64,000 nucleotides of DNA from an uncultured Gemmatimonadales bacterium (GTDB taxonomy: Bacteria; Gemmatimonadota; Gemmatimonadetes; Gemmatimonadales; Gemmatimonadaceae). The position numbers and the translations under genes were made by a program. Location: assembly GCA_963851265.1 (NCBI GenBank), contig CAWKNZ010000007.1, positions 416,001 through 480,000 of the forward strand. Reading direction: 5' to 3'. Below the pieces are notes generated by a model that worked only from the letters and a program-made list of their open reading frames with translations, made no database searches and was not told where the DNA came from. Shown here piece by piece: positions 9,498 to 17,898 of the stretch. Every line of letters starts with the position of its first letter. The stretch's first letter is position 1.

Positions 9498-10235
9498 TCA
9501 ACGCGCACCCCCCGCCGGGCGTTCGGCGGGCGTGCGACTCGCCTTGAGGCGGTTCGCAGGTTTCGCGTCGGCGCTCACCGTGGCCGGCGCACCGGTGCCG
9601 CGCGTCGGGCGGGCGGGCGGCACGCGCTCCGCGCCGCGCGGAACTGCGGATGCCGTGCCGGTGGCTGCCGCGGGCGTCGGAACGAGCGCGCCGTGCAGCT
9701 CGTGCCCGCCCGGCCAGGGCTCGCCGCGCGTCTGACTGATCGCCCACACGTACGCGGCCACGCGCCGGATCTCGTCCGACGAGAGGTCGCCGCGTGCCCC
9801 GCGCGCGGGCATCCCGATCGGGCTCCGGCTCTGCACGTCGGGCATCCCCGCGCGGATGAGCGAGTCGATCGCGCGCCACTGATACGGCACGTACGCCAGC
9901 CCGGCCGTGATGCCGTCGCCGGCCGCGGGCATCCCCTGCGCCTCGACGCCGTGGCACACGAAGCAGCCGCCCTTGCCGTGGAAGATGGCGTCGCCCGTCG
10001 TGATCTGGTCGAGTGTCATGCCGGGGGGCAGCGGCGCGAGCCGGGCCGGCTGCAGGTCGTCGTTGCGCGGGTTGGGCGAGGTCACGGCCGTATTGCCAGA
10101 GGGCTGCTGCGGGTGGGCCTGACCCTGCTGTGCGCCCGCGGCCGTCGCCGCGACCGCGAGCAGCGCGCAGGCTCGCGCGCCGAGTCGCGCGCCTCGGCGC
10201 GCGAGCCGATCGCGCACGTGCTGCACCACGGTCAT
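9498..10235 (-). CDS. Periplasmic monoheme cytochrome c
   Basis: Start MTVVQHV (ATGA overlap with upstream stop); signal peptide; GDAIFHGKGGCFVCH; paralog of 6930..7640. Confidence 0.85.
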   Translation of the reverse strand: MTVVQHVRDRLARRGARLGARACALLAVAATAAGAQQGQAHPQQPSGNTAVTSPNPRNDDLQPARLAPLPPGMTLDQITTGDAIFHGKGGCFVCHGVEAQGMPAAGDGITAGLAYVPYQWRAIDSLIRAGMPDVQSRSPIGMPARGARGDLSSDEIRRVAAYVWAISQTRGEPWPGGHELHGALVPTPAAATGTASAVPRGAERVPPARPTRGTGAPATVSADAKPANRLKASRTPAERPAGGAR

Positions 10236-12115
10236 GGCTTCCCGCCGAGCACCGGATTCACCGCCGGCTCGCCCGAGCCGCGCGCCGTGTCCTGCATCGC
10301 ACGCGCCGTCGCCGCACGGCCCACCCCACCCTCCGCGCCGGTCGAGGCGCCGGTCCGCGGGCCGCCCGAGGCCCCCGCGCCGTCGAGCGCGAACACGAGC
10401 ACCTCGTCGCCGCGCGCGCTGTTGAGCGGCAGGTTGCCCCCGGCCGCCACCGCCACGTACTGCCGGCCGTTGAGCGCGTACGTCACCGCCGGCGCGTTCA
10501 CCCCCGCGCGCGCGCGGTAACGCCACACCTCGTGCCCGTTGCGCGCGTCGTACGCGACGAACGCCGAATCGGAGAGTCCGGTAAAGACGAGCCCACCCGC
10601 CGTCGCGAGCGCGCCGCTGATCGTCGGTTGCGCGAGCCGCACCTGCCAGGCGATGCGCCCGGTGTTGAGGTCGACGGCCGAGAACGTTCCGTAGTGCCCC
10701 GTCTGCCCAGACGTGACCACGCCGCCCCAGTACTGCGCCGGCGCCTGCAGCTCCTCGTGCTGCCGGCGGTACAGCTGCGGGAAGTAGTTGCCATCCACGT
10801 ACAGGTATCCCGTCTCGGGGCTGTAGGCCGGCGGTGACCAGTCCGACCCGCCGAGCGTGGACGGCGCGATCACGACGCCCGCCTCGGTCGGCACGGTGAA
10901 CATGTTCTCCTGCGGCACGAACGCGTCGGAGCGGCGGATCGGACGTCCGGTGCGGCGGTCGAGCACGTACACCCACCCCGTCTTGCCCGCCTGCGCGACC
11001 GCCGGCACGGCGCGGCCGGTCGAGTCGCGCACGTTCACTAGCACCACCGGCGATGCGGGGTCGTAATCCCACAGGTCGTGCGAGACCTCCTGGTAGTGCC
11101 AGCGGTACTCGCCCGTCTTGAGATCGATGGCGACGATGCAGTCGGTGAACAGGTTGTCGCCGGGCCGCACGCGGCCGTCCACGTCCGGGGCGGCGTTGCC
11201 GATGTTGAGATAGACCAAGCCCAACGCGGTGTCGACGGCCGGGGTGTGCCACATCGGGCCGCCGCCGTGGCGCCACGCGTCGGGGTACGTCGCGCTGTCC
11301 CGGTGCTCCTGCGCGAGGTCGCGGTGGAAGTCGGCGCCCCAGGGATCGCGTGCCCGCCACGCGCCCCACCAGCCGCCGTGCGCGGGATCGGGGATCGTGT
11401 AGAAGCGCCACACCTGCTTTCCGGTGCCCGCGTCGTACGCGGTGACGTAGCAGCGGCCGCCCTGCTCGCCGCACGAGATCCCGGTGATGACCTTGCCGTC
11501 GACCGCGAGCGGCGCGGCGGTGATGTGGTAGCCCTGCTGATTGTCGCCGACCGACACGTCCCACAGCAGGCGACCGCTCGCGGCGTCGAGCGCGACGAGG
11601 CGCGCGTCGACGGTCCCCATGAACACGCGCCCGCCGTAGACCGCCACGCCGCGGTTGATCGGCCCGCAGCAGTCGACGGTCGTCCGGTACGGGTGCACGT
11701 ACTCCCAGCGCTTCGCGCCGGTGGTCGCGTCGAGCGCGACGACGTGGTTGCGCGGCGTGGAGATGTACATCACCCCGTCGACCACGACGGGGCTCGTCTC
11801 GAAGCCGGCGACGATGCCGGTGTGGTAGATCCACGCGGGCGCGAGTCGCGCCACGTTCGCCGTCGTGATCTCGCCGAGTGGCGACCAGCGTTGATTCGAA
11901 TAGTCGCGGCCGTACGACGGCCACGCGGCGCCCGCCGCCATGGCCGACCGAATCGCCGCGTCGGCGTGCCGCGCGTCGACGCCCGCGGACGGCGCCTCAC
12001 GCGCGTCGGCATCCGTCCCGCGACAGCCCGTCCCTGCGGCGACCCCGGCGGCTAGTACTCCCATCACCCCACGACACCTGCCCGCCCGTGCGATCGCACG
12101 GCGTAACCGCCCCAT
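10232..12115 (-). CDS. PQQ-dependent dehydrogenase (methanol/ethanol family), copy 2, probable lipoprotein
   Basis: GGAGGAG SD before ATG 12115; AAGTGC lipobox-like; DCCG, NRG, CGEQG, IGN and HDLWDYD motifs. Confidence 0.92.
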   Translation of the reverse strand: MGRLRRAIARAGRCRGVMGVLAAGVAAGTGCRGTDADAREAPSAGVDARHADAAIRSAMAAGAAWPSYGRDYSNQRWSPLGEITTANVARLAPAWIYHTGIVAGFETSPVVVDGVMYISTPRNHVVALDATTGAKRWEYVHPYRTTVDCCGPINRGVAVYGGRVFMGTVDARLVALDAASGRLLWDVSVGDNQQGYHITAAPLAVDGKVITGISCGEQGGRCYVTAYDAGTGKQVWRFYTIPDPAHGGWWGAWRARDPWGADFHRDLAQEHRDSATYPDAWRHGGGPMWHTPAVDTALGLVYLNIGNAAPDVDGRVRPGDNLFTDCIVAIDLKTGEYRWHYQEVSHDLWDYDPASPVVLVNVRDSTGRAVPAVAQAGKTGWVYVLDRRTGRPIRRSDAFVPQENMFTVPTEAGVVIAPSTLGGSDWSPPAYSPETGYLYVDGNYFPQLYRRQHEELQAPAQYWGGVVTSGQTGHYGTFSAVDLNTGRIAWQVRLAQPTISGALATAGGLVFTGLSDSAFVAYDARNGHEVWRYRARAGVNAPAVTYALNGRQYVAVAAGGNLPLNSARGDEVLVFALDGAGASGGPRTGASTGAEGGVGRAATARAMQDTARGSGEPAVNPVLGGKP

Positions 12116-12198
12116 CCGCTCCTCCCGAGTACATGCTCCGTGACGCGTGCGTCGCCGCACGTAGCATAACGCACACCGCGGCGCCCGCCGGCGCGAGC

Positions 12199-12227
12199 TT
12201 GACGGGGGTCGTACCGCACCCGACCTT
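12199..12227 (+). promoter_or_regulatory. Sigma70-type promoter for HIT gene (leaderless)
   Basis: TTGACG (12199-12204), 17-nt spacer, GACCTT (12222-12227), then ATG 6 nt later. Confidence 0.5.
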
Positions 12228-12233
12228 GCCACG

Positions 12234-12701
12234 ATGTCCGACTCCACCCGCGCGTGCCCGTTCTGCGACCTGGTCCGCGGCTCGGCCGAGGTCTCGCTCT
12301 GCTACGAGGACGCGACGGCGATCGCGTTCATGGACATCCAGCCGGTGAATCCGGGGCACGTGCTCGTCGTGCCCCGCGAGCACTACGAGTGCATCGACGA
12401 CCTGCCGCGCGAGGTCGGGGAGCATCTGTACGGCGTGGCGACGCGCCTGATCCCGATCATCCAGCAGGTCGCCGGCACCCGCGACATGAACGTGGTCGTC
12501 AACAGCGGCGCCACGGCCGGCCAGGACGTCTTTCACTTCCACGTGCACCTGATCCCGCGGCGTGCGGGCGACGGCTTCGACGTGCCGCTCCCGTTCCCCG
12601 AGTCCGAGATGCCCGACCGTACGCGCCTCGACGCGATGGCGGCCCGCATCATCGCCGCCGTGCGCGATCCGGTGCGTCGCACCGCCGTAACGCCGCCTTA
12701 G
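12234..12701 (+). CDS. HIT family nucleotide hydrolase
   Basis: CPFC, FMDIQPVNPGHVLVVP and AGQDVFHFHVHLIPR (histidine triad). Confidence 0.93.
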   Translation: MSDSTRACPFCDLVRGSAEVSLCYEDATAIAFMDIQPVNPGHVLVVPREHYECIDDLPREVGEHLYGVATRLIPIIQQVAGTRDMNVVVNSGATAGQDVFHFHVHLIPRRAGDGFDVPLPFPESEMPDRTRLDAMAARIIAAVRDPVRRTAVTPP

Positions 12702-12713
12702 TGCCCCGGGGGC

Positions 12714-12730
12714 TTGGCACGCGCGCTGCG
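12714..12730 (+). promoter_or_regulatory. Candidate sigma54 (-24/-12) promoter
   Basis: TTGGCACGCGCGCTGCG matches TGGCAC-N5-(T)TGC, upstream of the HNH gene. Confidence 0.45.
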
Positions 12731-13040
12731 TTATACGTGATTGTAAGCAAGATCGGTCGTCAGAGGGTGGACGGTCCCTGATCACACCGGCGGAGGCGCG
12801 ATGGCGGCAAGCTGGCATGCGTGCGGCGGCGGAGCGGCGGGACGCGCGGTGCGGCGCGCCGCGGTCCACCCCGCCGCCGTCGCGTCACCGCCGGTTGCCG
12901 CACCACCGCCCGTCGCCGTCCTGACCCCGGTACCGCCGCCAGGCGCAGCAGCCGCCGCCACATCCACCAGCCGACACCCCGCTTCCGGGCTTCTCCCGGG
13001 GGCGGGGTGTCGCCGTTTCGTGCGAGGATCGAGAGCCCCG

Positions 13041-13601
13041 ATGCCCCGTCCGCTCGCCCGTTCGTCCACCCGCAACGCCGCCGCCACGCGCAGCGCCCTC
13101 CGCGCCGCCGCCCTCACCGTCCTGAACGGCGGCGCCGCCCGACCCTGCACCGGGCGCCGCACGCCCGACCGCGGCGCCCGCTCCCGCGACCGCGCCCCCG
13201 CGAGCCGGCCGCGCGACTATGCGCTGCTCGCGGTCGGCGCGAAGCGCGCGATGCGCGCCGCCACGCTCCGCGACTGTGGCCGTCGCTGCGTCTACTGCGC
13301 CGCCGCCCTCTCCTTCGACACGGTCACGCTCGACCACGTGTACCCGCGCGCTCACGGCGGTCCCAACATCGCCGGCAACGTCGTGGCGGCATGCGGTCCG
13401 TGCAACCGCCTGAAGGCCGACCTCCTCCCGAGCGAGTTCTTCCTCCGCCACCCCTGGGCGGGCCTCAACTTCATGCGCTACGCGCGCACGGTGCACCGCG
13501 CACTCAAGCGCGGCGCGCGCCGCGCCGTGAGCCTCGCCTACGCGGGCGAGGCCGAGCTCGACCGGGCGGGGCGGGTGCCCGAGCGGCTGCGCGCCGCGTA
13601 G
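13041..13601 (+). CDS. HNH endonuclease (McrA-like zinc-binding); alternative start at 12801
   Basis: CVYC...TLDHVYPRAHGG...NVVAACGPCNRLK. In-frame ATG at 12801 has a GGAGG SD, so the start is uncertain. Confidence 0.8.
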   Translation: MPRPLARSSTRNAAATRSALRAAALTVLNGGAARPCTGRRTPDRGARSRDRAPASRPRDYALLAVGAKRAMRAATLRDCGRRCVYCAAALSFDTVTLDHVYPRAHGGPNIAGNVVAACGPCNRLKADLLPSEFFLRHPWAGLNFMRYARTVHRALKRGARRAVSLAYAGEAELDRAGRVPERLRAA

Positions 13602-13611
13602 CGCCCGGCGC

Positions 13612-16600
13612 CTAACGCCCCGCCGCGGTGCGGGCGGACGCGCCGAGCAGCGCGTCCGCCTCCCGCCGGCGGTCCCGCACCACGCGCTCGAGTTCGGCGT
13701 ACCGCTCGACCGCGTCGCGCCCCACCGGCTGGTCGCCCTGCGTCGTCATGCCGTACAGGTACCGCACCTCGGCCAACAGCCCTGGGCGCCCGTAGCGAAA
13801 GCGCTCGCCGGTGAGCGCGGCCTGCAAGGCGCGCAGTCGCGCGAGCCGGTCGGGCGCGCCAGCGGCGGCGGAATCGGCCGCGAGCCGCGTCACGCCCGCG
13901 GCGACGTCGCGCGCCAGCGCCTGCGCGTCGCTCACGAGGTCGCGCGCGCGCACGTTGTGCGCGAACTGCGCCGCGAGCACCGCGGGCGTGACGCCGTCGC
14001 GGCGCACGCGTGGATCTTCCTCGACGACGAGCGTCCGGGTCGCCGACCAGCCCGTGCTGTCGGCACGCGCGTCGCGCAACGCGAGCCGCACCGCGTAACG
14101 CCCGGGCGGCACCATCGGCCCCGCGCGCCCGCTGCGGCGCGGGTCGGCCGGGTCGAGCGGGCCGGGCGCCGCGAGGTCCCAGACGACCCGGTGCGCGCCC
14201 AACGAGACGTCGAGCGCGGGCGCGCCCGCCCGGACGTCCAAGGCGCCGCGCGGACGGGCGCCCGGCGACGATGATTCGGACGTGAACTCGCGGACCGGCC
14301 GTCCAGCAGAGTCGAGCACGGTGAGCGTGACGACCGCACCACGCGACCGTGGCCCCATCCAGTAGTCGAGCGTCGCGCCCGGGGGCGGGTATTCGGGGTC
14401 GGTCGACACCGCGCGCACACTCTCCTCGCCGCCGAACGCGCCGTGGTACCGCAGCCGCAGGGCCGGGCGCGGCGCGGCAAGCATCGCCGGCGCCGTGTCG
14501 AGCGCGGCGCGCGCCCTCGCATCGGCCACGGCGCGCAGTGGCGTCAGGTCGTCGAGAATCCACAACCCGCGCCCCTGCGTCGATGCGACGAGGTCGCCCC
14601 GCCGGTGCACCACGAGGTCCGTGACCGGGACGGCGGGCATCCCACCCCCGCCCGCGCGCGTCGAGTCGCCCGGCATCCGCGTGACGCGCGAGCGCGGCAG
14701 CGGCTGCCAGTGCGCGCCGTCGTCGGCCGACACGTACACGCCGAACTCGGTGCCGGCGTAGAGCAGCCCCGGGCGGACGAGGTCCTCGCGCACGACGCGC
14801 GTCGGCTCGTCGGCGGCGATGCCGTTCGTGCCCGGCGTGAGCAGGCGCCACGTGCGGCCGTAATCGTTGGTCGCGTAGAGGTACGGGCGGAAATCGCCCA
14901 ACTGGTAGCGCAGCACCGCGACGTACGCGCCCCCCGCGCGGTGCGGCGAGGGCTCCACCGTCTGCACGCGCCCGCCCGGCGGGAGCCCGGGCGGCGTCAC
15001 GTCGGCCCAGGTGCGCCCGCCGTCGCGGGTGACGTGCACCGGCCCGTCGTTCGCGCCCGTCCAGATCACGCCGCGCGCCGCCGGGCTCTCGCGGATGCTG
15101 TAGAGCGTCGCGTACATCTCCTCGCCGGTCGCGTCGACCGTGATCGGCGTACCCGAGATCGTGTTGCGGTAGCGCGGGTCGTTGGCCGTGAGGTCGGGCG
15201 AGATCGCCGTCCACGTCACGCCGCCATCCGTCGACTTATGTACGAACTGCGACCCGTAGTACACCGTGCGCGGGTCGTGCGGGCTCGTCGCCATCGGCGA
15301 CACGCGCTGAAAGCGGTACCGGAGCCCCGCGTTCGGCTCGCCGTAGAGTGACTGCCCGCCGATCCAGTACTGCCGCTCCTGCCCCGTGCGCAGGGCCATG
15401 CGGCTGAACTGCCCCTTGCACGCCCCCCAAACCGTGTCCGGGCTGCCGGGCTGTGGCATCACAGGCCCCGTCTCGCAGCCGGGACCGTGCCGCCAGGCCT
15501 GCGTCGGGTCGTCGACGCCGCCCGCCTCCAACGGGAGCGAGGGCACGATGAGCGTGCCCCCCTCGTCCTGCTGCGCGCCGTACACCCGGTACGGCACCTG
15601 GTCGTCCACCGCGACGTTGTAGATCTCGGCGGTCGGTTGGTTGAGTTGCGTGCTCCACGTGCGCCCGCCCGTGAGCGAGACGTTCACCCCGCCGTCGTTG
15701 CTCTGGATCAGCACGCGCCCGTCGTGGGGGTTGGCCCACAGGTCGTGGTTGTCCCCATGCGGCGTGGGCATCGGCGCGAACGTGCGCCCGCCGTCGGTGC
15801 TGCGGAAGAAGTCCTCCGCCCCGGCGTACACGACGTCGGCGTTGGTCGGGTCGGTCGCGAGCGTGGTGTAGTAGAAGGGGCGCGTGAGCAGCCCGGATTG
15901 CGCGTTCACCAGACGCCACGTCTCGCCCGCGTCGTCCGAGCGGTACAGCCCGGAGCCCGCCGACCCGCGCTCGGCCCGCGCCTCGACGAGCGCGTACACG
16001 CGCCGCGGGTCGGCCGCGGTGACCGCGAGATTGCTCTTCCCGAACAACCCGTTAGGCAGCCCGCCGCCGAGCTTCCGCCACGTCCGCCCCGCGTCGGTGC
16101 TCTTGTAGACGCCGCCCTCGCGCGCGCCCGAGATGATCGTCCACGGCTTGCGCTCGGCGCGCCACATCGACGCGTAGACGACGTCCGGGTTGCCGGGCTG
16201 CAGCTCGACGTCGATCGCGCCGGTGCTGTCGGAGACGAAGAGCACGCGCTGCCACGTCCGCCCGCCGTCGGCCGTCCGGTAGAGTCCGCGCGCGGAGTCG
16301 GCGCGGAACGCGTTCCCGATGGCCGCCACGTACGCGACGTTCGCGTCGCGCGGATCCACGCGCACGCCGCCGATCTGCCCGACGTCGCGGAGCCCGGCGA
16401 ACGTCCACGTCCGCCCGGCGTCCGCCGAGCGGTAGACGCCGCGTCCGGTCGAGACGTTGCTGCGGATCGCGTCCGAGCCGGTGCCCACGTACACCACGCG
16501 TGGGTCCGACGGGGCGACCTCGACCGCGCCGACCGAACCCTCGGTGAAATACGCGTCGGTGAGATTGCGCCACGTCGTCCCCGCGTCCTCCGTCTTCCAC

Positions 16601-16899
16601 ACGCCACCGCCCACGCCGCCGAAGTAGAACGTGTACGGCTCTGACGGAACGCCGGTCACCGTCGTGACACGGCCGCCGCGCGTCGGCCCGATCGAGCGCC
16701 AGCGCAAGCCGGCGAGCAGGGCGGGGTCGATCGCGGCCGCGTTGGACGCCGGAGACGGCTGCGCAGCGGAGCTCGACTGCGCACGGGAGGCCGCGGGGAC
16801 GAGCCCGGACGCGAACGCCGTAGCGCCTACCGCGGCGAGCGCGGTCACGGAACGACGGACGCGAAGCGAGCGGTGCGCGGCCGGTGGAAGCTGTGTCAT
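13612..16899 (-). CDS. Secreted VPS10/BNR (Asp-box) beta-propeller protein, glycosyl-hydrolase-like
   Basis: LRWRSIGPTRGGR, many S/T-x-D-x-G-x-T-W Asp boxes, HGDNH and GGCETG-like motif; the true start may lie slightly downstream of 16899. Confidence 0.88.
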   Translation of the reverse strand: MTQLPPAAHRSLRVRRSVTALAAVGATAFASGLVPAASRAQSSSAAQPSPASNAAAIDPALLAGLRWRSIGPTRGGRVTTVTGVPSEPYTFYFGGVGGGVWKTEDAGTTWRNLTDAYFTEGSVGAVEVAPSDPRVVYVGTGSDAIRSNVSTGRGVYRSADAGRTWTFAGLRDVGQIGGVRVDPRDANVAYVAAIGNAFRADSARGLYRTADGGRTWQRVLFVSDSTGAIDVELQPGNPDVVYASMWRAERKPWTIISGAREGGVYKSTDAGRTWRKLGGGLPNGLFGKSNLAVTAADPRRVYALVEARAERGSAGSGLYRSDDAGETWRLVNAQSGLLTRPFYYTTLATDPTNADVVYAGAEDFFRSTDGGRTFAPMPTPHGDNHDLWANPHDGRVLIQSNDGGVNVSLTGGRTWSTQLNQPTAEIYNVAVDDQVPYRVYGAQQDEGGTLIVPSLPLEAGGVDDPTQAWRHGPGCETGPVMPQPGSPDTVWGACKGQFSRMALRTGQERQYWIGGQSLYGEPNAGLRYRFQRVSPMATSPHDPRTVYYGSQFVHKSTDGGVTWTAISPDLTANDPRYRNTISGTPITVDATGEEMYATLYSIRESPAARGVIWTGANDGPVHVTRDGGRTWADVTPPGLPPGGRVQTVEPSPHRAGGAYVAVLRYQLGDFRPYLYATNDYGRTWRLLTPGTNGIAADEPTRVVREDLVRPGLLYAGTEFGVYVSADDGAHWQPLPRSRVTRMPGDSTRAGGGGMPAVPVTDLVVHRRGDLVASTQGRGLWILDDLTPLRAVADARARAALDTAPAMLAAPRPALRLRYHGAFGGEESVRAVSTDPEYPPPGATLDYWMGPRSRGAVVTLTVLDSAGRPVREFTSESSSPGARPRGALDVRAGAPALDVSLGAHRVVWDLAAPGPLDPADPRRSGRAGPMVPPGRYAVRLALRDARADSTGWSATRTLVVEEDPRVRRDGVTPAVLAAQFAHNVRARDLVSDAQALARDVAAGVTRLAADSAAAGAPDRLARLRALQAALTGERFRYGRPGLLAEVRYLYGMTTQGDQPVGRDAVERYAELERVVRDRRREADALLGASARTAAGR

Positions 16900-17020
16900 C
16901 CTGGGCGAGGCGAAGGAGCGGGCAGGCGGAGCGCGGGAGGAACGCGTCGCAGCAACCCCCCGCCCGCGCGCACGACTCCGCGAGTTCGCCGAGGGATGGT
17001 GCGCGGCGTACGGAATGACA
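16894..17020. repeat. Degenerate REP/MITE-like element with TGTCATCC...GGAATGACA termini
   Basis: TGTCATCCTGGGCGAGGCGAAGGA at the left end and GGAATGACA at the right end form imperfect terminal inverted repeats in an intergenic region. Confidence 0.4.
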
Positions 17021-17088
17021 ACGCCGCGCACGCCCCGTTCGCTGCGGCACGCCGGCAGGTCCGCACCGCGCCCGCTTGCGGAACGCAC

Positions 17089-17116
17089 AACGGCCGCCCC
17101 GTTGGGGGCGGCCGTT
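17089..17116 (-). terminator. Hairpin downstream of L,D-transpeptidase
   Basis: AACGGCCGCCCC-GTTG-GGGGCGGCCGTT, a perfect 12-bp stem. Confidence 0.6.
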
Positions 17117-17140
17117 CTCGTCAGTCGGTCGGATCCGAAT

Positions 17141-17782
17141 TCAGGGCTTGATGCGCACCGGGGTGCCGACGGGCACCTCGTTCCACAGCTCGTCGATCTC
17201 GTCGTCCGTGACCGCGACACAGCCGTTGGTCCAGTCGTAGGCGCGGTGGTCCGACCCGATTGCGCCCTCACCGTTCGGCAGCCCGTGGATCATCACGTCG
17301 CCGCCCGCGGTCACACCCATCGTCTGCGCGCGCGCGAGGTCGGCGGCGTTCGGGTAGGAGATGTGCAGCCCCTTGTGGTAGCGGCTGAACGGGTTGCGGC
17401 CGTCGATGGCGTACAGCCCTTCCGGGGTGCGGAAGTCGCCGATCTGCTCCTTCGCGCCGACCGGCTTCTGTCCCAGCGCCACGTCGAACGTGCGCACGGG
17501 GAGCCCGCCACTGAAGAGCGTGAGGCGGCGCAGCGACTTCTCGACGATGAGGCTGTCGGCGGTTATCCCGTGGCGTCCGCCGGTGATCGCCGAATTGGCG
17601 ACGGCCGACCGGGGCGCCGAGGGGGTACTCGACCCGCGTGGGTCGATGCGTCCGCCTGCATGGGCGGAGGCGGGTGCGGGGGCGGGACGCGGAACGTCGC
17701 CGCTCGGGACCAGGGCGACCGCAAACGCGGCCGGGGTCGAGAGCAGGGCGAACGTTGCCGCGACGACGAAACGGTTGCGCAT
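17141..17782 (-). CDS. L,D-transpeptidase (YkuD family)
   Basis: Signal peptide MRNRFVVAA; GDFRTPEG, ISYPN, IHG and WTNGCVAV catalytic His/Cys. Confidence 0.9.
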   Translation of the reverse strand: MRNRFVVAATFALLSTPAAFAVALVPSGDVPRPAPAPASAHAGGRIDPRGSSTPSAPRSAVANSAITGGRHGITADSLIVEKSLRRLTLFSGGLPVRTFDVALGQKPVGAKEQIGDFRTPEGLYAIDGRNPFSRYHKGLHISYPNAADLARAQTMGVTAGGDVMIHGLPNGEGAIGSDHRAYDWTNGCVAVTDDEIDELWNEVPVGTPVRIKP

Positions 17783-17898
17783 CGTCGACAGAGACAGCGG
17801 AAGGGGATGTGTGCCGGCGGGGGACCGCATGCCGGCGAGTGGAGAATGACGTCCCGCGCGCGAGGACGCAACAGCACGCCCCCCTCGCGCGAACGAAT

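Noticed and set aside
7644..12115. Calling the PQQ enzymes xoxF/mxaF (methylotrophy)
   Set aside because: No xoxJ/mxaJ/mxaI or C1 genes nearby and the sequences look divergent; the substrate cannot be assigned from sequence.
13041..13601. HNH as IscB/Cas9-like or part of a mobile element
   Set aside because: Too short, no RuvC motifs, no transposon ends or array seen.
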